Shown here one piece after another: positions 46,554 to 58,314 of a stretch of 64,000 bases of DNA. The DNA is from Sporopachydermia quercuum (Eukaryota): contig BCGN01000004.1 in the NCBI GenBank assembly GCA_001599295.1, positions 4,138 to 68,137 of the forward strand, written 5' to 3'. Position numbers and translations under genes: made by a program. Positions within the stretch are counted from its first letter, which is position 1, and every line of letters starts with the position of its first letter. Below the pieces are notes generated by a model. The model saw nothing but the letters and a program-made list of their open reading frames with translations, searched no databases and was not told where the DNA came from.

Positions 46554-47516
46554 TTACTCGTCGAAGACAGCAGCTTGATCACCAATAATAGGAGCCTTTT
46601 CCAAAACACTTCTCATAAATTCATAAACAGTGAAAGTAACAGCTTGGCCAGGAGCCACACGCATAATTCTAGGAGTAATACCCTTATAAAGAGCGTGAAT
46701 ACCTTCTTCCTTAATCAAGTTACCACCAATTCTCAAAAATCTGCTTAATCCCTTTTCGGTAGGGTCACCACCAGTTTCTCTTTGCATTCTAGTCTTGATG
46801 GTATCCAAAGGAGCGTTAGATAAAGGACCTAAGGCACCAGAGAAAAGACCAATCAAAGAAGTTTGCCATGATGGTAAATCATCAGTACCATAATGTTTCT
46901 GTAAAGCACCTCTAATTTCAGAGTAAACAGTGAAGTTGACACCCTGGTTAGAAGCCTGACGAGCAGCAGTCAAGGCAACACCTCTATATAAAGTAGAGAA
47001 ACCTTCTTCTCTTACAATGGTGAACGCAGCTTGAGGAGCGTTTCTATATTTAGGTTGATCTAAAGGATCGGTCATAGAATGTCGTTGAGCTTGCAATCTG
47101 ATCTTAACAACCTCCATAGGATTCACAACAATAACAGCTTCAGTAACACCAGCACCGACACCAGCGAGAAAAGTGTTGCCTGTAGAAATCTTTCCTTCTT
47201 TGTCACGTAACAAATCTCTGTAGAATTCGTAGGATGAAAATCTAATAGCCATCTTTGGAACAATACCAATCACAACAGCTCCTAAACCTTTGTATAATGC
47301 TAAAACATTTTCTCTTTGGGCGATTTGAATACCGGTCTTGACGAAACCTAGAGGCTTGACAACTTTTCCATCGGCTCCTACTGGGTTCTTCTTAGCCAAT
47401 TGCATTCGCACCTTAATTGTGTCCAAAGGATGACAACACAAGGCTTCGAATAGACCAGCAGTACCACCAGCGATCAAATCAACGGCAGCGTTCTTACTCT
47501 TCTTTTTTTCACCCAT
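46554..47516 (-). CDS. SFC1: Mitochondrial succinate-fumarate carrier
   Basis: AGGTAGLFEALCCHPLDTIKVRMQ, three PxD/ExxK carrier signatures, YKGITPRIMRVAPGQAVTF. Confidence 0.93.
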   Translation of the reverse strand: MGEKKKSKNAAVDLIAGGTAGLFEALCCHPLDTIKVRMQLAKKNPVGADGKVVKPLGFVKTGIQIAQRENVLALYKGLGAVVIGIVPKMAIRFSSYEFYRDLLRDKEGKISTGNTFLAGVGAGVTEAVIVVNPMEVVKIRLQAQRHSMTDPLDQPKYRNAPQAAFTIVREEGFSTLYRGVALTAARQASNQGVNFTVYSEIRGALQKHYGTDDLPSWQTSLIGLFSGALGPLSNAPLDTIKTRMQRETGGDPTEKGLSRFLRIGGNLIKEEGIHALYKGITPRIMRVAPGQAVTFTVYEFMRSVLEKAPIIGDQAAVFDE

Positions 47517-48551
47517 TTTTAATTTATATTACAGAATGTATATTATAGTTACAAGTTCGGTATTGAAACTCGAATGCTGTATATTGTGAAGTACAAGCTA
47601 TAGCAATTGTGTTGGTGATACATATTATGAAGAAAAGAAATAAGGGAAAGAAATGAAAATTCAGCGAAATTGGAGATTTAAAAGGGTTTAAAATTTCATT
47701 GAAAGCTGGTTGAAAAAGTATGGAAATGAGTTGAATTGTCAGCGAAAGTATCGGGACAGCTGAACATGACAATTGGGATGGTGTACGCAACAAGTTTCAG
47801 CATTGAATCATGGTTTTTACCTAAATGGGAATTATTATGAGAGACAGATAAAGAGATGTTAAATAATGAACATATGCTTTTTTTGACTGAACAATTGAAC
47901 TATGGACTTTATATTACTATCTATTTAGTATTTCACTAATAGTGAAATCAGCTAANAACTTAAAGGATGAAGAATGCTGATAGATTCTGCCTTCAGATGT
48001 TTGTAGATCTGATTGAGACAATAAAGTTTAACGAATAAACCGGGGAAACAAATAGATTGTTATAATAGTTACGTACGACCTTATTGTCCGATAACTANAT
48101 TACTTTGAAATTGAACCTTCTTTGGGACAATAATGACACATCACTTCGGAAGGAGATGTACAGTAAGGATAACTGGAAGTCCACAAGTTACTAGTTGGTA
48201 ACCTGTTTAGTCCGCATCAACATTAATATCAACATTATAGTTATAATCATTATTAATAAAACTAGTTGTCAATAATATAGAGAGAAATTGATTTAAAAAA
48301 NGTGGAAGTGCAAACAGACAAGAGGGAATATAGTATTTATTCTTACTTGTTTCCATGTTGTTGCAGTAGTATGCGGTTATCGATAGTTTTTCTTTGAATT
48401 GTGCCACAGGAGCAGAGTCAGGTCGACTATAAACCTTGTATTCAATGTCACAGACGCTTCCATTTAGAAACTTTTACCGAAGTCCGGGGATGAAAGAAAT
48501 GGCTAACAACCAATTGAAAATCTCTTCCATAGAGATNGTCAATTATAAATT

Positions 48552-48581
48552 ATGGTCCCATAACAGATGGTCCCATAACAG
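48552..48581. repeat. Perfect 15-bp tandem duplication ATGGTCCCATAACAG x2
   Basis: Copies at 48552-48566 and 48567-48581. Confidence 0.9.
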
Positions 48582-49109
48582 AGGAATGAAGATCTAGGAC
48601 TCAATTGTCAAGTGGTCAAGTTTCACTAGTTCACCCCACACTCTTTCCTTTCACTGAATATCGAATAATGGGTACCCAAAAATCATATATAGAACTGAGA
48701 AGTGATTAGATGTAGCCAAGTCGCCTTCTCTGGCATAAACCATGATAAGATCTCCAGTTGTAATGCATTAGATTTCTGGTTTAATAAGCATTCAGTAAGC
48801 TGGTTAGACTCACACGATACTTATTAATAATCCGACACAGATCATTTTTCTTTCCACCGCTCCACACCATCTTTTCTTGTTTGTACTGCTAAATTTCATA
48901 AGGAATAGTCCTTCGAGACAATCCACCATCCTGATGATCATCTACATCATATTCCATATATACATAACAAATTTCAATTATTATATAATACTTTAATATT
49001 TATCTCTTGATCATTCGCTCCAATCTACTTTGTCTTCTGAATCCTTCGTTTCTCAATACGATATGACCTACACCTTCTTGGTCCCGGACAGTCTTCTCTG
49101 ACAAATTTA

Positions 49110-49120
49110 CCATTCACCCG
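49110..49120 (+). promoter_or_regulatory. Candidate carbon-source-responsive element (Cat8/Sip4 CSRE)
   Basis: CCATTCACCCG fits CCRTTNRNCCG; 1.6 kb upstream of SFC1, a CSRE target in S. cerevisiae. Confidence 0.4.
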
Positions 49121-50932
49121 ATAAATTTTCGACCTTCTGACAATTCCATGTCACAACAGGAAAAATCTGGGGTATTACTATGAATGAATAAACTAGTGAA
49201 AAATTTCACCCAAACATGGAGGAAAATTATAATTAGAGAGGCGCTAGATCACAGATACTGCGTATAGATGACAAAATAGAACAATTCGAGAGTTATTCAA
49301 CAGAAAGTAATTGAAATGAATATGAATACGAATATGATGATAACAACACGTAAAGATTTGTTGTCAACATACAAAGCTTTCATATCAAATTGACCAGTAA
49401 GATCATGAGCAATTTTATCTTTGAACTCACCACTAACAAAGTGATCCCAGAAATTATAAACTTTGTTGATAACTCTAAATTATAAATGAAAGTGAACCTC
49501 AGGGGGTAAAAAAAAAAAAGCAGTTCCAAAACTACTAAGACCTATTTGGTTTGAAGATATATAGTGCTTGTGCCGGAAATTGATAGTAATGAAACCAAGA
49601 AGTTCTGCAATAATAATAACCTGCATCTNCCGCTAGCAAACATTGCCGAGATCCGTAAATTTCCTTCAGGTGTCCTGGTGTTATGTATGACAAGTCTTTC
49701 CGATCTTTCACAATCCAACAATTCGTGAATAGCTTAAAGATAAACTTTGAGCCTCGGAATAAATAGGTTTCCGCACTGGTACTTCGGTATAAAAAGGCCT
49801 CTCAGCCCATTGTTGGGGTCAAAGTACGAGAAAAGTCTGATTAATTTCGTGGTGAAAGGCTGACAATGAAACGTACGTTTGAATTAGTCTCACTATGTTT
49901 TCAGTCCATGTTACCGAACTCTTGCTTATAGGTTCTATTAACTGCCAGTTGATCGAAAAGGGGTACTTCTGCCTTTCGTAGATTAAATAGATGATCTATG
50001 AGTTTATTCAAATAGTAATCATGCGTATGACAGACTAACATTGGGTGTCCGAGGTTAACAGGGCATATCCTAAATTGGGAATTCTTACTTTGATATGAAG
50101 TAAGTGATCCTCTGCTTTTCACGGGTTCAGCCAATAGCTTAATGATTGATGATATAGATTAGAACGAAAGAAAAACAAACAATAAACAAATAAATCGATC
50201 TGAAAGAACTGAGAGAATGAATGTAATGAAAATCATAGAACATACCATCGTGCTTAATAAATGTTGAATGTTCGTTCTACGTAATTGCCGGTGGGTGGTT
50301 AAAAAGTTACCAATTGAACAATTTGACTCTTGATGCTTTACTGCTGGTATCTTTTGATTCTTGATGTGAATATTTGAACCTTGAGCCCGGATTTTCTAAC
50401 ATTCAAATAACTATTATGAAGTTTGCCCCACATATATTTTACCTAATGGCTCCCTGTTTGTCCTAGTTGGTAAAAACCTATTAAAGTTCAGTAGTTCTCC
50501 GGATTTCAGGCTCATTGGTAAATGTCAAGAATGAAAGGAGATGTGATGTTAAACTATTTTGTGATTATTCTATGTTTCTTTTTTCTAGTTGCCGTTATGA
50601 TGGAAATAGCATCTGTGGCTTTGCTATGTAGGATCAATTTATGAGATGGAAAGACTTCATGTCAAGATATATGGTATCCATATATCAATCAGTCGATCAA
50701 ATTGACTTGATGACGGTGGTAAAAGATAACCAAGTTGCTCATTGATTCGTTAGCATGTTAACGTCTTTTGAATTGCCTTTGACTTTGGATCTAAAGCTTT
50801 TAACCTGTCTGACCACCATATCTTCACATTTACTAATCGCTCATCGATATACTTACAGTACATNAACTGAATAGACTGCTTTAAAATATAACCCAACTTC
50901 TAAACTATTGCAATGTATAAGGATGTTAAAAT

Positions 50933-51745
50933 ATGGAAGAAGACCACATCCTTGAAGGCAAATCAGTGAAATCCACGTTCGGGTCAAAACTAGACCGATT
51001 TAAATTCAATCCATCTGATGGTGACGGCAAAGTGAAAGACTCACTGATACTTCATAAGAAAAACGTAACAAAACCAAAACCGAAATACGGACGGTTATCT
51101 GAAAATGCTTCTGCTCAAGCTAGAATTGAAGCTTCGAAGATCAGATATCAACATTTGAAACCTCTTGTGCCATTATTAGAGCCAAATCTGATATGCGTGT
51201 TTATTGGATACAATCCTGGCATAAGAACTGCGGAAACTGGTCATTATTATGCACATCCTACCAATAGGTTCTGGCCATTATTAGTTGACTCCAAATGTGT
51301 TGAAAAGAAAATTAACTGTTTCAATGATAAAGAATTACCGTCCAAATATCAATTGGGGTTCACTGATTTGGTATCAAGAGCGACATGTGGAATTAATGAA
51401 TTAGGAAAGCAGGAACGAGAGGAAGCTGTAATAAATTTAGAAGAGAGAATAAAAAAGGTTGAGCCTTGTTGTGTATGTTTTGTTGGTAAAGGAATATGGG
51501 AGAATGTAATAAAGGTCAAGAGTAAAACGAATAGACTGTTAGGTAAGAAGATACTGGCCCAATTTCACTGGGGCTGGCAGCCAAACGAATTATCATTCGT
51601 TAATAGGGAAATGAACGTTTTCGTAGTACCTTCGACGTCAGGATTGGTTACGTCTATGCGTAGAGAAGACATGTTAATATTATGGAATATGTTAGGTCGA
51701 TATATACAAAAGGAAAGGGAAAGGCAATCATCTGCGAAAGGGTGA
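50933..51745 (+). CDS. TDG/MUG-family mismatch-specific uracil/thymine DNA glycosylase
   Basis: FIGYNPG catalytic motif, GHYYAHPTNRFW, GFTDLVSR, VFVVPSTSG. Confidence 0.9.
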   Translation: MEEDHILEGKSVKSTFGSKLDRFKFNPSDGDGKVKDSLILHKKNVTKPKPKYGRLSENASAQARIEASKIRYQHLKPLVPLLEPNLICVFIGYNPGIRTAETGHYYAHPTNRFWPLLVDSKCVEKKINCFNDKELPSKYQLGFTDLVSRATCGINELGKQEREEAVINLEERIKKVEPCCVCFVGKGIWENVIKVKSKTNRLLGKKILAQFHWGWQPNELSFVNREMNVFVVPSTSGLVTSMRREDMLILWNMLGRYIQKERERQSSAKG

Positions 51746-51768
51746 AGGATACATCTTTCTAGTACCAA

Positions 51769-52350
51769 TTATGATGTGTAAACAGTAGCTTCAACTTCCT
51801 TGATAAACTTATCGTAATCCACTACTAGCTCTTTAACAGCTGGCGCACTACCGAAAGNCGGTTTCACCTCCACGTATTTACTGTTTTCAATGAAAATGTC
51901 ATCTGCTCTATGCTTTATTTTTTCGTTCTCTTCACGGCTCACCTTTGTATCTGAGTATCCTAGTAGTTCTAATGCTTCTTTCTGTTTCTCCATACACGTA
52001 TTATATTCATCCATTTTTGCTTGACATGGAGGCTCTTTAAAAGGATTCCAACCTTTGTGCTTTATCAAGCAATCGTAGAACTTTTGTTGGATCTCAGCAC
52101 AGTTTTCAGCACAGGCCTCTTTTATCGATTGATTAGGACTTCCAGTTGAGTAGTTGTTGATTCTCTCTGTAATATTTCCAACTGCAGCTTTTGACTGCGA
52201 ATCCGTTTTTGACAGCTCCTCACTGGACTTCTTCACTAAATACTCTTGCTTTTTTGTTTCAAATTGATAGAAGTCTTGCAGCGTTGGATCCAGAACTTGT
52301 TCTGGTTCAAGAGTTTTAGAGCTTCTATTTCCAAAGGGCCACCAAACCAT
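51769..52350 (-). CDS. Uncharacterised twin-CX9C protein
   Basis: C-AEIQQKFYD-C x14 C-QAKMDEYNT-C; starts MVWWPFG; 193-aa ORF. Confidence 0.75.
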   Translation of the reverse strand: MVWWPFGNRSSKTLEPEQVLDPTLQDFYQFETKKQEYLVKKSSEELSKTDSQSKAAVGNITERINNYSTGSPNQSIKEACAENCAEIQQKFYDCLIKHKGWNPFKEPPCQAKMDEYNTCMEKQKEALELLGYSDTKVSREENEKIKHRADDIFIENSKYVEVKPXFGSAPAVKELVVDYDKFIKEVEATVYTS

Positions 52351-52908
52351 TGTGCATGTTTCTGTTTAATGTACAATAATATATGCGTATAGGTGCTTCA
52401 AAATTATAGAAATGAGAAGCAGAGATATTTTTTACTGTCATCTGAAGTGAATATCTGTAAGGCTATACTGCGAGATATATTTTATCTCCAATGCTTATTT
52501 TGTTCTTTGATAATCAGATTTGCGATACTTTTGAAGTGATTCTTACAAGATTTCACAAAGGAAGGAAGTTTAGAAATAAGGTTTCCTGTCCTTTAATGTA
52601 AGGACATAGTTGAACAATAATTTTACCACGTGACATATTAGGATATATTAATGGACACTGATTTATTTCTAAACGAGTACTATTTTCAGTTTTATGTTTT
52701 TGGATCACTATTTTATACACTATAGTTTAAAGAATTATCCTTATATTACATTATTAAGCACAGGATGGGTATTTTTGACATTGAATGAGCATTTTAGTGA
52801 AGACTCACATATGATACTAACAGTTCCATAACAATCCATAGCATTCCGATTCTATATCTTTGAATAGTCACACATATAAGGTCAGGCTCTCTCTTATGGT
52901 AGAGATTC

Positions 52909-55035
52909 TTAGCGGAATTTCCGACTGCCAACAGCTATTCTCAATGTACGTTTACTTCCAATAGTAGTTCTAAATCTTACACGCTCATTCACATCCAGAA
53001 CTTTCCAATCAGTAATGGTATCAACGTTCAACGATATCTTTTTACCTTTTCTGAAACCAATAATCAATGCAGGAACCATTGATTCTACTTTGATAGTAAT
53101 ACCATTGATCACCAATCCACCTTTTACGTCATCTGATTTTGTAACAGGAGTATGATGAACACTAGAATCATGGATCTCGTTACTTTCATGCTGTTTTGCA
53201 CCACCATCAGTTCCTGTCAAAGTATCTTTTTCCATGGGATCANAGTCGTTATATTCTTCATTGTTAGTTTTAGCATTTTCTATGGTCCTACCTTCATTTG
53301 ATGCTGAATTATAAGCTGAAATTGATATCTCACCTAACACATTTTCACCCTGAACATCAGTGTTTGCTTCACTTGTTTCTATCTCACCCATCAGCTCGTC
53401 GTTGACAGCTTCACCCGGTATGTTTTCTATTCTATTCTCTTCATGATTTTCTACATCCTCAATATGACTGTATAGCCGGCCAGTAAATGCAAGCTCAGGG
53501 GTCATTTCACTAGCTGCAATAGGTGCTACCTTAACGGCATATACCCCATCAGAACTACTACCTATATGTGTTGCTTCCCACAAAATTGTATTGTCACCAC
53601 CTAATTTCTCTAAAACAGTTTTTGATAGTGCTCCTCTCGATATAATAATACTATTAGCAAGAAACTTGTAATATCTGTTGCTAAGTGGCGTGTTCTCGTA
53701 GTTGGGATCTACCCATTTTGCGTATTGAGAAAGTAACCTAACAGCATCGTCAGAGTATACTTTATAGCATGAATGATGATATGATTTAACAATACTCAAG
53801 AAACTGTTCTTATTTTCAGCATGGCTGTTCCTCAGAGAGTTATTATGCTCATAAATCATTTGACTAATTATTCTCTTCTCAACTATTGGATCAAGGTGTC
53901 TATGTTGCTCTTGAACATGTATGACATGGGCCTCTAGATTAGGTCTCAAGCTTTCACTGTATTCCTTGAGCATTTTTCTGAATCCGTTGACCTGTAAGAT
54001 CCTATCATCGTATATACTTATTTCCTTCACATTTGAGTAGTAGTCTAATAAATCGATAATCACCTGACTTTTAAAGGTCAAGGTATCAATAAAATCCCCT
54101 TTCCTGAGTACTACAGCATCAAAATCTAAACCTTTCGCTTTGACAATCTCAGGAATAACGTTCTGAAATTTGGTTTCTTTTCTACCTGTCATCATAACTG
54201 TTACAGTATTGTCATCTTCAATTGACTGTTTTGCTAACGAAACAATATCCTCATTCCACCATTCTTGCCAAGCTCTGCGTTTTTCGATATCCCAGCCTTC
54301 TCCTACATGCTGAAATACCCTTGGCTCAGCCCACCATCCGCCCTGGTTCAAACTTTTCGATGATTGAATAATAGCNATAGAAGCTGCATTGAATAGCTCA
54401 GGATTAGGTAAGGGAGAATGGAACAGTGTATTATCAAAATCATAGATATGAATAGATGTGATAGATGAAACAGCAGGTCGTTCTTTATATTGGTTTTTAT
54501 TATTATTTAACTTCACATTCCATACCTCTAATGGATTATCCATTCCTTGTATAGATCTTTTATCTTTCCCTGTCTTCGACATCTTTATATTTGCTCGATC
54601 GTAGTCACTAGGATATATTTGACTATACTCATTATTGGCATCCGACCATGTTGTCTTGCCAGCAGCGTTAGATAATGGAGTACTTGAACTGTTGGCTACC
54701 TTATCAAGATATGATTCGCCAGTTGAGTATTCTGGTTTATAGCTATCAATATATGGCTGCGCTCTTTGGTTTAAAGATGTAGTTGCCCAATCTAGTGGCT
54801 TAATACTATTTTTCTTATTGCTAGAAGAATTTTCATATTCATTATACTTATTATTGAAGGAAGGAGCCCAGGAAGATCCAGAATCATAATTTTCTTGCGA
54901 CTTTCTACTATCATTGGTATTAGGATAGAAGAAGTTCTGAGTACTCATACTGTCACTCTGTGAGAACATGTCAGTAGTCAGATAATCGAAAGTCCTCGCA
55001 CTTAATAATCTCCTCAATTGTTGGTTTGTAAGCAT
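52909..55035 (-). CDS. HAD-superfamily 'Swiss Army Knife RNA repair-like' domain protein (YMR265C-like)
   Basis: IYDFDNTLF (DxDxT), GGWW, WWNE, MMTGRKE, FK, IYDDR. Confidence 0.8.
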   Translation of the reverse strand: MLTNQQLRRLLSARTFDYLTTDMFSQSDSMSTQNFFYPNTNDSRKSQENYDSGSSWAPSFNNKYNEYENSSSNKKNSIKPLDWATTSLNQRAQPYIDSYKPEYSTGESYLDKVANSSSTPLSNAAGKTTWSDANNEYSQIYPSDYDRANIKMSKTGKDKRSIQGMDNPLEVWNVKLNNNKNQYKERPAVSSITSIHIYDFDNTLFHSPLPNPELFNAASXAIIQSSKSLNQGGWWAEPRVFQHVGEGWDIEKRRAWQEWWNEDIVSLAKQSIEDDNTVTVMMTGRKETKFQNVIPEIVKAKGLDFDAVVLRKGDFIDTLTFKSQVIIDLLDYYSNVKEISIYDDRILQVNGFRKMLKEYSESLRPNLEAHVIHVQEQHRHLDPIVEKRIISQMIYEHNNSLRNSHAENKNSFLSIVKSYHHSCYKVYSDDAVRLLSQYAKWVDPNYENTPLSNRYYKFLANSIIISRGALSKTVLEKLGGDNTILWEATHIGSSSDGVYAVKVAPIAASEMTPELAFTGRLYSHIEDVENHEENRIENIPGEAVNDELMGEIETSEANTDVQGENVLGEISISAYNSASNEGRTIENAKTNNEEYNDXDPMEKDTLTGTDGGAKQHESNEIHDSSVHHTPVTKSDDVKGGLVINGITIKVESMVPALIIGFRKGKKISLNVDTITDWKVLDVNERVRFRTTIGSKRTLRIAVGSRKFR

Positions 55036-55707
55036 ATCAGCTCCTTTAATTCTGTTCGTTTTGCCATTGGCTCCAGGTAATTTTTTTCAGTTACTAGAAT
55101 GTATTATATGTATTTTAATATGAAAACTGTAATTGGAATGGATTATCATTGTCAACTAGGAACGCATAAGGTTTTTGGTTTACTTTGAAAATTAACCTTG
55201 CTAGGTTAAGTTAGGTTAGTATTGCCGATGGCTAAATGTGTTAGGTTTGGTGAGGACGATGATGGATCGTTCCTTGATGAAAAGCCAGATAATCAAAAAG
55301 AGAAAGGATTGACTCGATTGATATTTTTGAATAATGAAAGAGTAGACTAAAAAAATTTCTCTTCATCTAGATGTTGCCATTATATGTGACATCGTTTAAA
55401 GTGCTAAGCTTGATAAACCTGAGNCTCCACTTAGAATAGAGAGACCTAACAGACCTATTTAATGGATTTCTTTTGATCAATAAATCTGTACAGTAGTTTG
55501 AAAAAAACTATCGCCAGTTGAATAAAACATTAATTAGCTACTCATTTTGAGTATATCAAGGATTTTATATACCTACTTGCATTATATAATACTTTCTCTG
55601 TTACATCATATGCTTCTATCATCATCTTGAAGCTATTACAATACTTGAAATACACAACATCCGTTTCTTGTCTTTCGTCATATCATTTATCAACGTTATT
55701 ACTATTA

Positions 55708-56847
55708 TTATCCCACTCTTTCTAACACTCCTTTATAAACATCAGATACCTCTGCGTGGAATCCACCTATCTTCACAACTTCATTAGTAACAACAACTCT
55801 AGTCCGTTCAGCTATGGATTCTAGCCTCACTCTTTCAGTACCGTTCATCTTCTCAACTTCTATATACCTCAAAACATGAGAATCTGAATCAGCAACTGGC
55901 AATGAACCATCAAGTAAGGAGCAAAATATTTGATCCATTTTGCTAAAGAACCGAAAAAAAAATAGAGGATCATCAATTGGTAAATTAGCAATCCATTCAA
56001 TTGAGTCATCTGATATCTTAATCAAGTACTGCGTTTGACCAAATAATAGATTCAAAGTGGATTTATTAGTAAAATTTTCGGAATTCACTGCTGATGATAT
56101 TATAGAATACCATATTAAATCAACGATCTTTTCAGCATCTCTCAGAATCTCACTCACCTTGGTATACCCCAATGGAGGTTTGTGACTATCTTCATCGTCA
56201 TTGAATCTTTGTATATACTTCCTCGTGATCTTTAAGAGCTCATCATCAAGGAAATTAATGAACTTCGATTGCTGAGAATGTGATAGTCTCCTGTGGAAAC
56301 TATTGTGAGGTGGTTTGGTTAACGATGAAAATGCGTCGACATGGTACTTCCTTTCTGATGCATATTTAATAGGAGTACCAGGGCAAGTTTTGGATCGATA
56401 ATTGCCTGTTTCGAAAGGATTGACTGTAGGTTTATCTAGCTCGATTGGTCCTTCAAATGAATCTCCAACACTAAAATTTGAGCAAGCATTCAGTTGGGGC
56501 AATAAATCTATTTCATTCCTGTTTCTTACGTTCTCATCATCAGAGTCGTCGAGTTGGAGTGCAGTTTCAATATCTGCACCAGAGTTTGGTACCTCAGAAT
56601 CCGTAGTTATAGCACTGTATTGATTATCTAACATCTGCTCATCTTCNTTATCATCATCTATGTCTAGATCTTCATCATCAACGCTGTCTTCAATTACTTC
56701 GCTAGCAGTTGGTCTGATTGGTATAGGGATATCTTCACTATCATCGAAGTCATCAATATCAAGATCAATGTTTATCTTTGACGATGAAGCTGTATCATTG
56801 GGGCTATCCAAATATGTTGGATTAAACTTCGGTCGTTCAGAAGTCAT
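55708..56847 (-). CDS. TFB6-like (TFIIH-associated) conserved fungal protein with an acidic N-terminus
   Basis: FINFLDDELLKITRKYIQRF, GY...IVDLIWYS, FGQTQYLI, TERVRLESIAERTR. First ATG is at 56847 (track start is TTG). Confidence 0.65.
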   Translation of the reverse strand: MTSERPKFNPTYLDSPNDTASSSKINIDLDIDDFDDSEDIPIPIRPTASEVIEDSVDDEDLDIDDDXEDEQMLDNQYSAITTDSEVPNSGADIETALQLDDSDDENVRNRNEIDLLPQLNACSNFSVGDSFEGPIELDKPTVNPFETGNYRSKTCPGTPIKYASERKYHVDAFSSLTKPPHNSFHRRLSHSQQSKFINFLDDELLKITRKYIQRFNDDEDSHKPPLGYTKVSEILRDAEKIVDLIWYSIISSAVNSENFTNKSTLNLLFGQTQYLIKISDDSIEWIANLPIDDPLFFFRFFSKMDQIFCSLLDGSLPVADSDSHVLRYIEVEKMNGTERVRLESIAERTRVVVTNEVVKIGGFHAEVSDVYKGVLERVG

Positions 56848-58314
56848 TTCAATCAGTATTATATTATAAGGACTTAAGTTAGTATTAAATACGTAACTGT
56901 TGATAGGACGAGCACTAATGCTATGACTTGTGATAATATGAGTAAGGCGATTCTTGCTATGACGATCGATCAACTAATCTTTTCTATTGGCTTTTGCACT
57001 ATTTCTGCTTCTTGTGACAAGTCTTTTCAATGGACAAACACTTATATGTAAGAATATAATCAATTCTATTTCACAGTTATAATTCTGTTAATCGATACTT
57101 TATTATCTTATTGTGTCAATTATTTCTTTCCTTTCTTATTATTGGAGAAGCGCAACTAATTGTTTAATAGTTTGTTAGGTTTCTAACTTTATTTAGTTAA
57201 ACCTATATTGGTATTTTTGCAATATTCACTAAGCCTATTTATTATAATAGGCATAATGTTATGACCTGCACAATCTGAAATTCATGGGGTACATACATAT
57301 ACATATATCAGGTACAACAGTTCTTGTTCTTTAGTAAAACCCCGGGTATTTATTTAATTTCCTATTTCTTGAGTACAAAATAAAATCAATAATAACCGTT
57401 GTTTTTTTGAGCTAAAATCAGTAGCGTACCCGTTTTCACGTTATTAAGGTCAAAATTATTATTAGTAAAAACTTCTGGTCACTTGCATCTTGTTCCGTAA
57501 GCATGATCATAAAGTTAGGTTTATGCTAGATAAGGGAATTTGTATCTCAAGTTCAAAATAAAGATTTATCCCTTCCTTTGTTCTAATGTCTATTGATGAT
57601 AAGTGATGATGGGAGCCAGAGAATTGAATGTGAACAAAAGGATGGATCCTACGAGTACAGTAATGAATTAAGTTGGTTATAAAGCATGTGACTGTCTTGC
57701 TTCTTGGCTGATAGGGGATGGAGGATTTTGGTGTAAGAAGCTGCAAGGTAGATTGTACTTTGTGAGGTGTGTGTTATGTTATATTGATTAGATTGCCCCA
57801 TATTACCAAAGAAAGTAGTAGGAAACTATCCTGGCAAATAAGATTTGTTGGTGGACTATAGCTATATAGCTATATTGTACATAAGAATATACCCTAACTG
57901 TTAGGTAATGTGGATAGCTATACAGTTCTATTATTGTCTTACTTCCAATGAAAAGAATCCATTGAAATTCATAGCTGATCAAGTTGAAAATGCAAAGCAT
58001 TTCCAATGCTAATGCGAAACTTAGTTCACTTAATTTATCGCAGAACAAGCTTGCACTTGGGTTCCGGAACATGAACTATATGAACATTCCAATAGTATTG
58101 AATTATTACTAATATACTAAGACTCATGTAAGCCAATCGAAAGTCTCGAACGGATACTCATGCCGTCTGTTTGATGGTCAATTGTTAGATTTGACAGCAT
58201 TTCTCGATAGTATCCCCAGCCTAAGAGAAATATACACCTAGAGCAAGAGTTACAATTAACTTGTTTTAATGGTCTTTATCTTCAATTTTATTGCAATACA
58301 CAATTTATCTCCAA

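Noticed and set aside
55195..55250. TTAGGT-like words as telomere seeds, or minus-strand TACTAAC...TAG as an intron end
   Set aside because: Only 3-4 irregular units, and no convincing nearby donor or in-frame exon. A 5' UTR intron is possible but unsupported.
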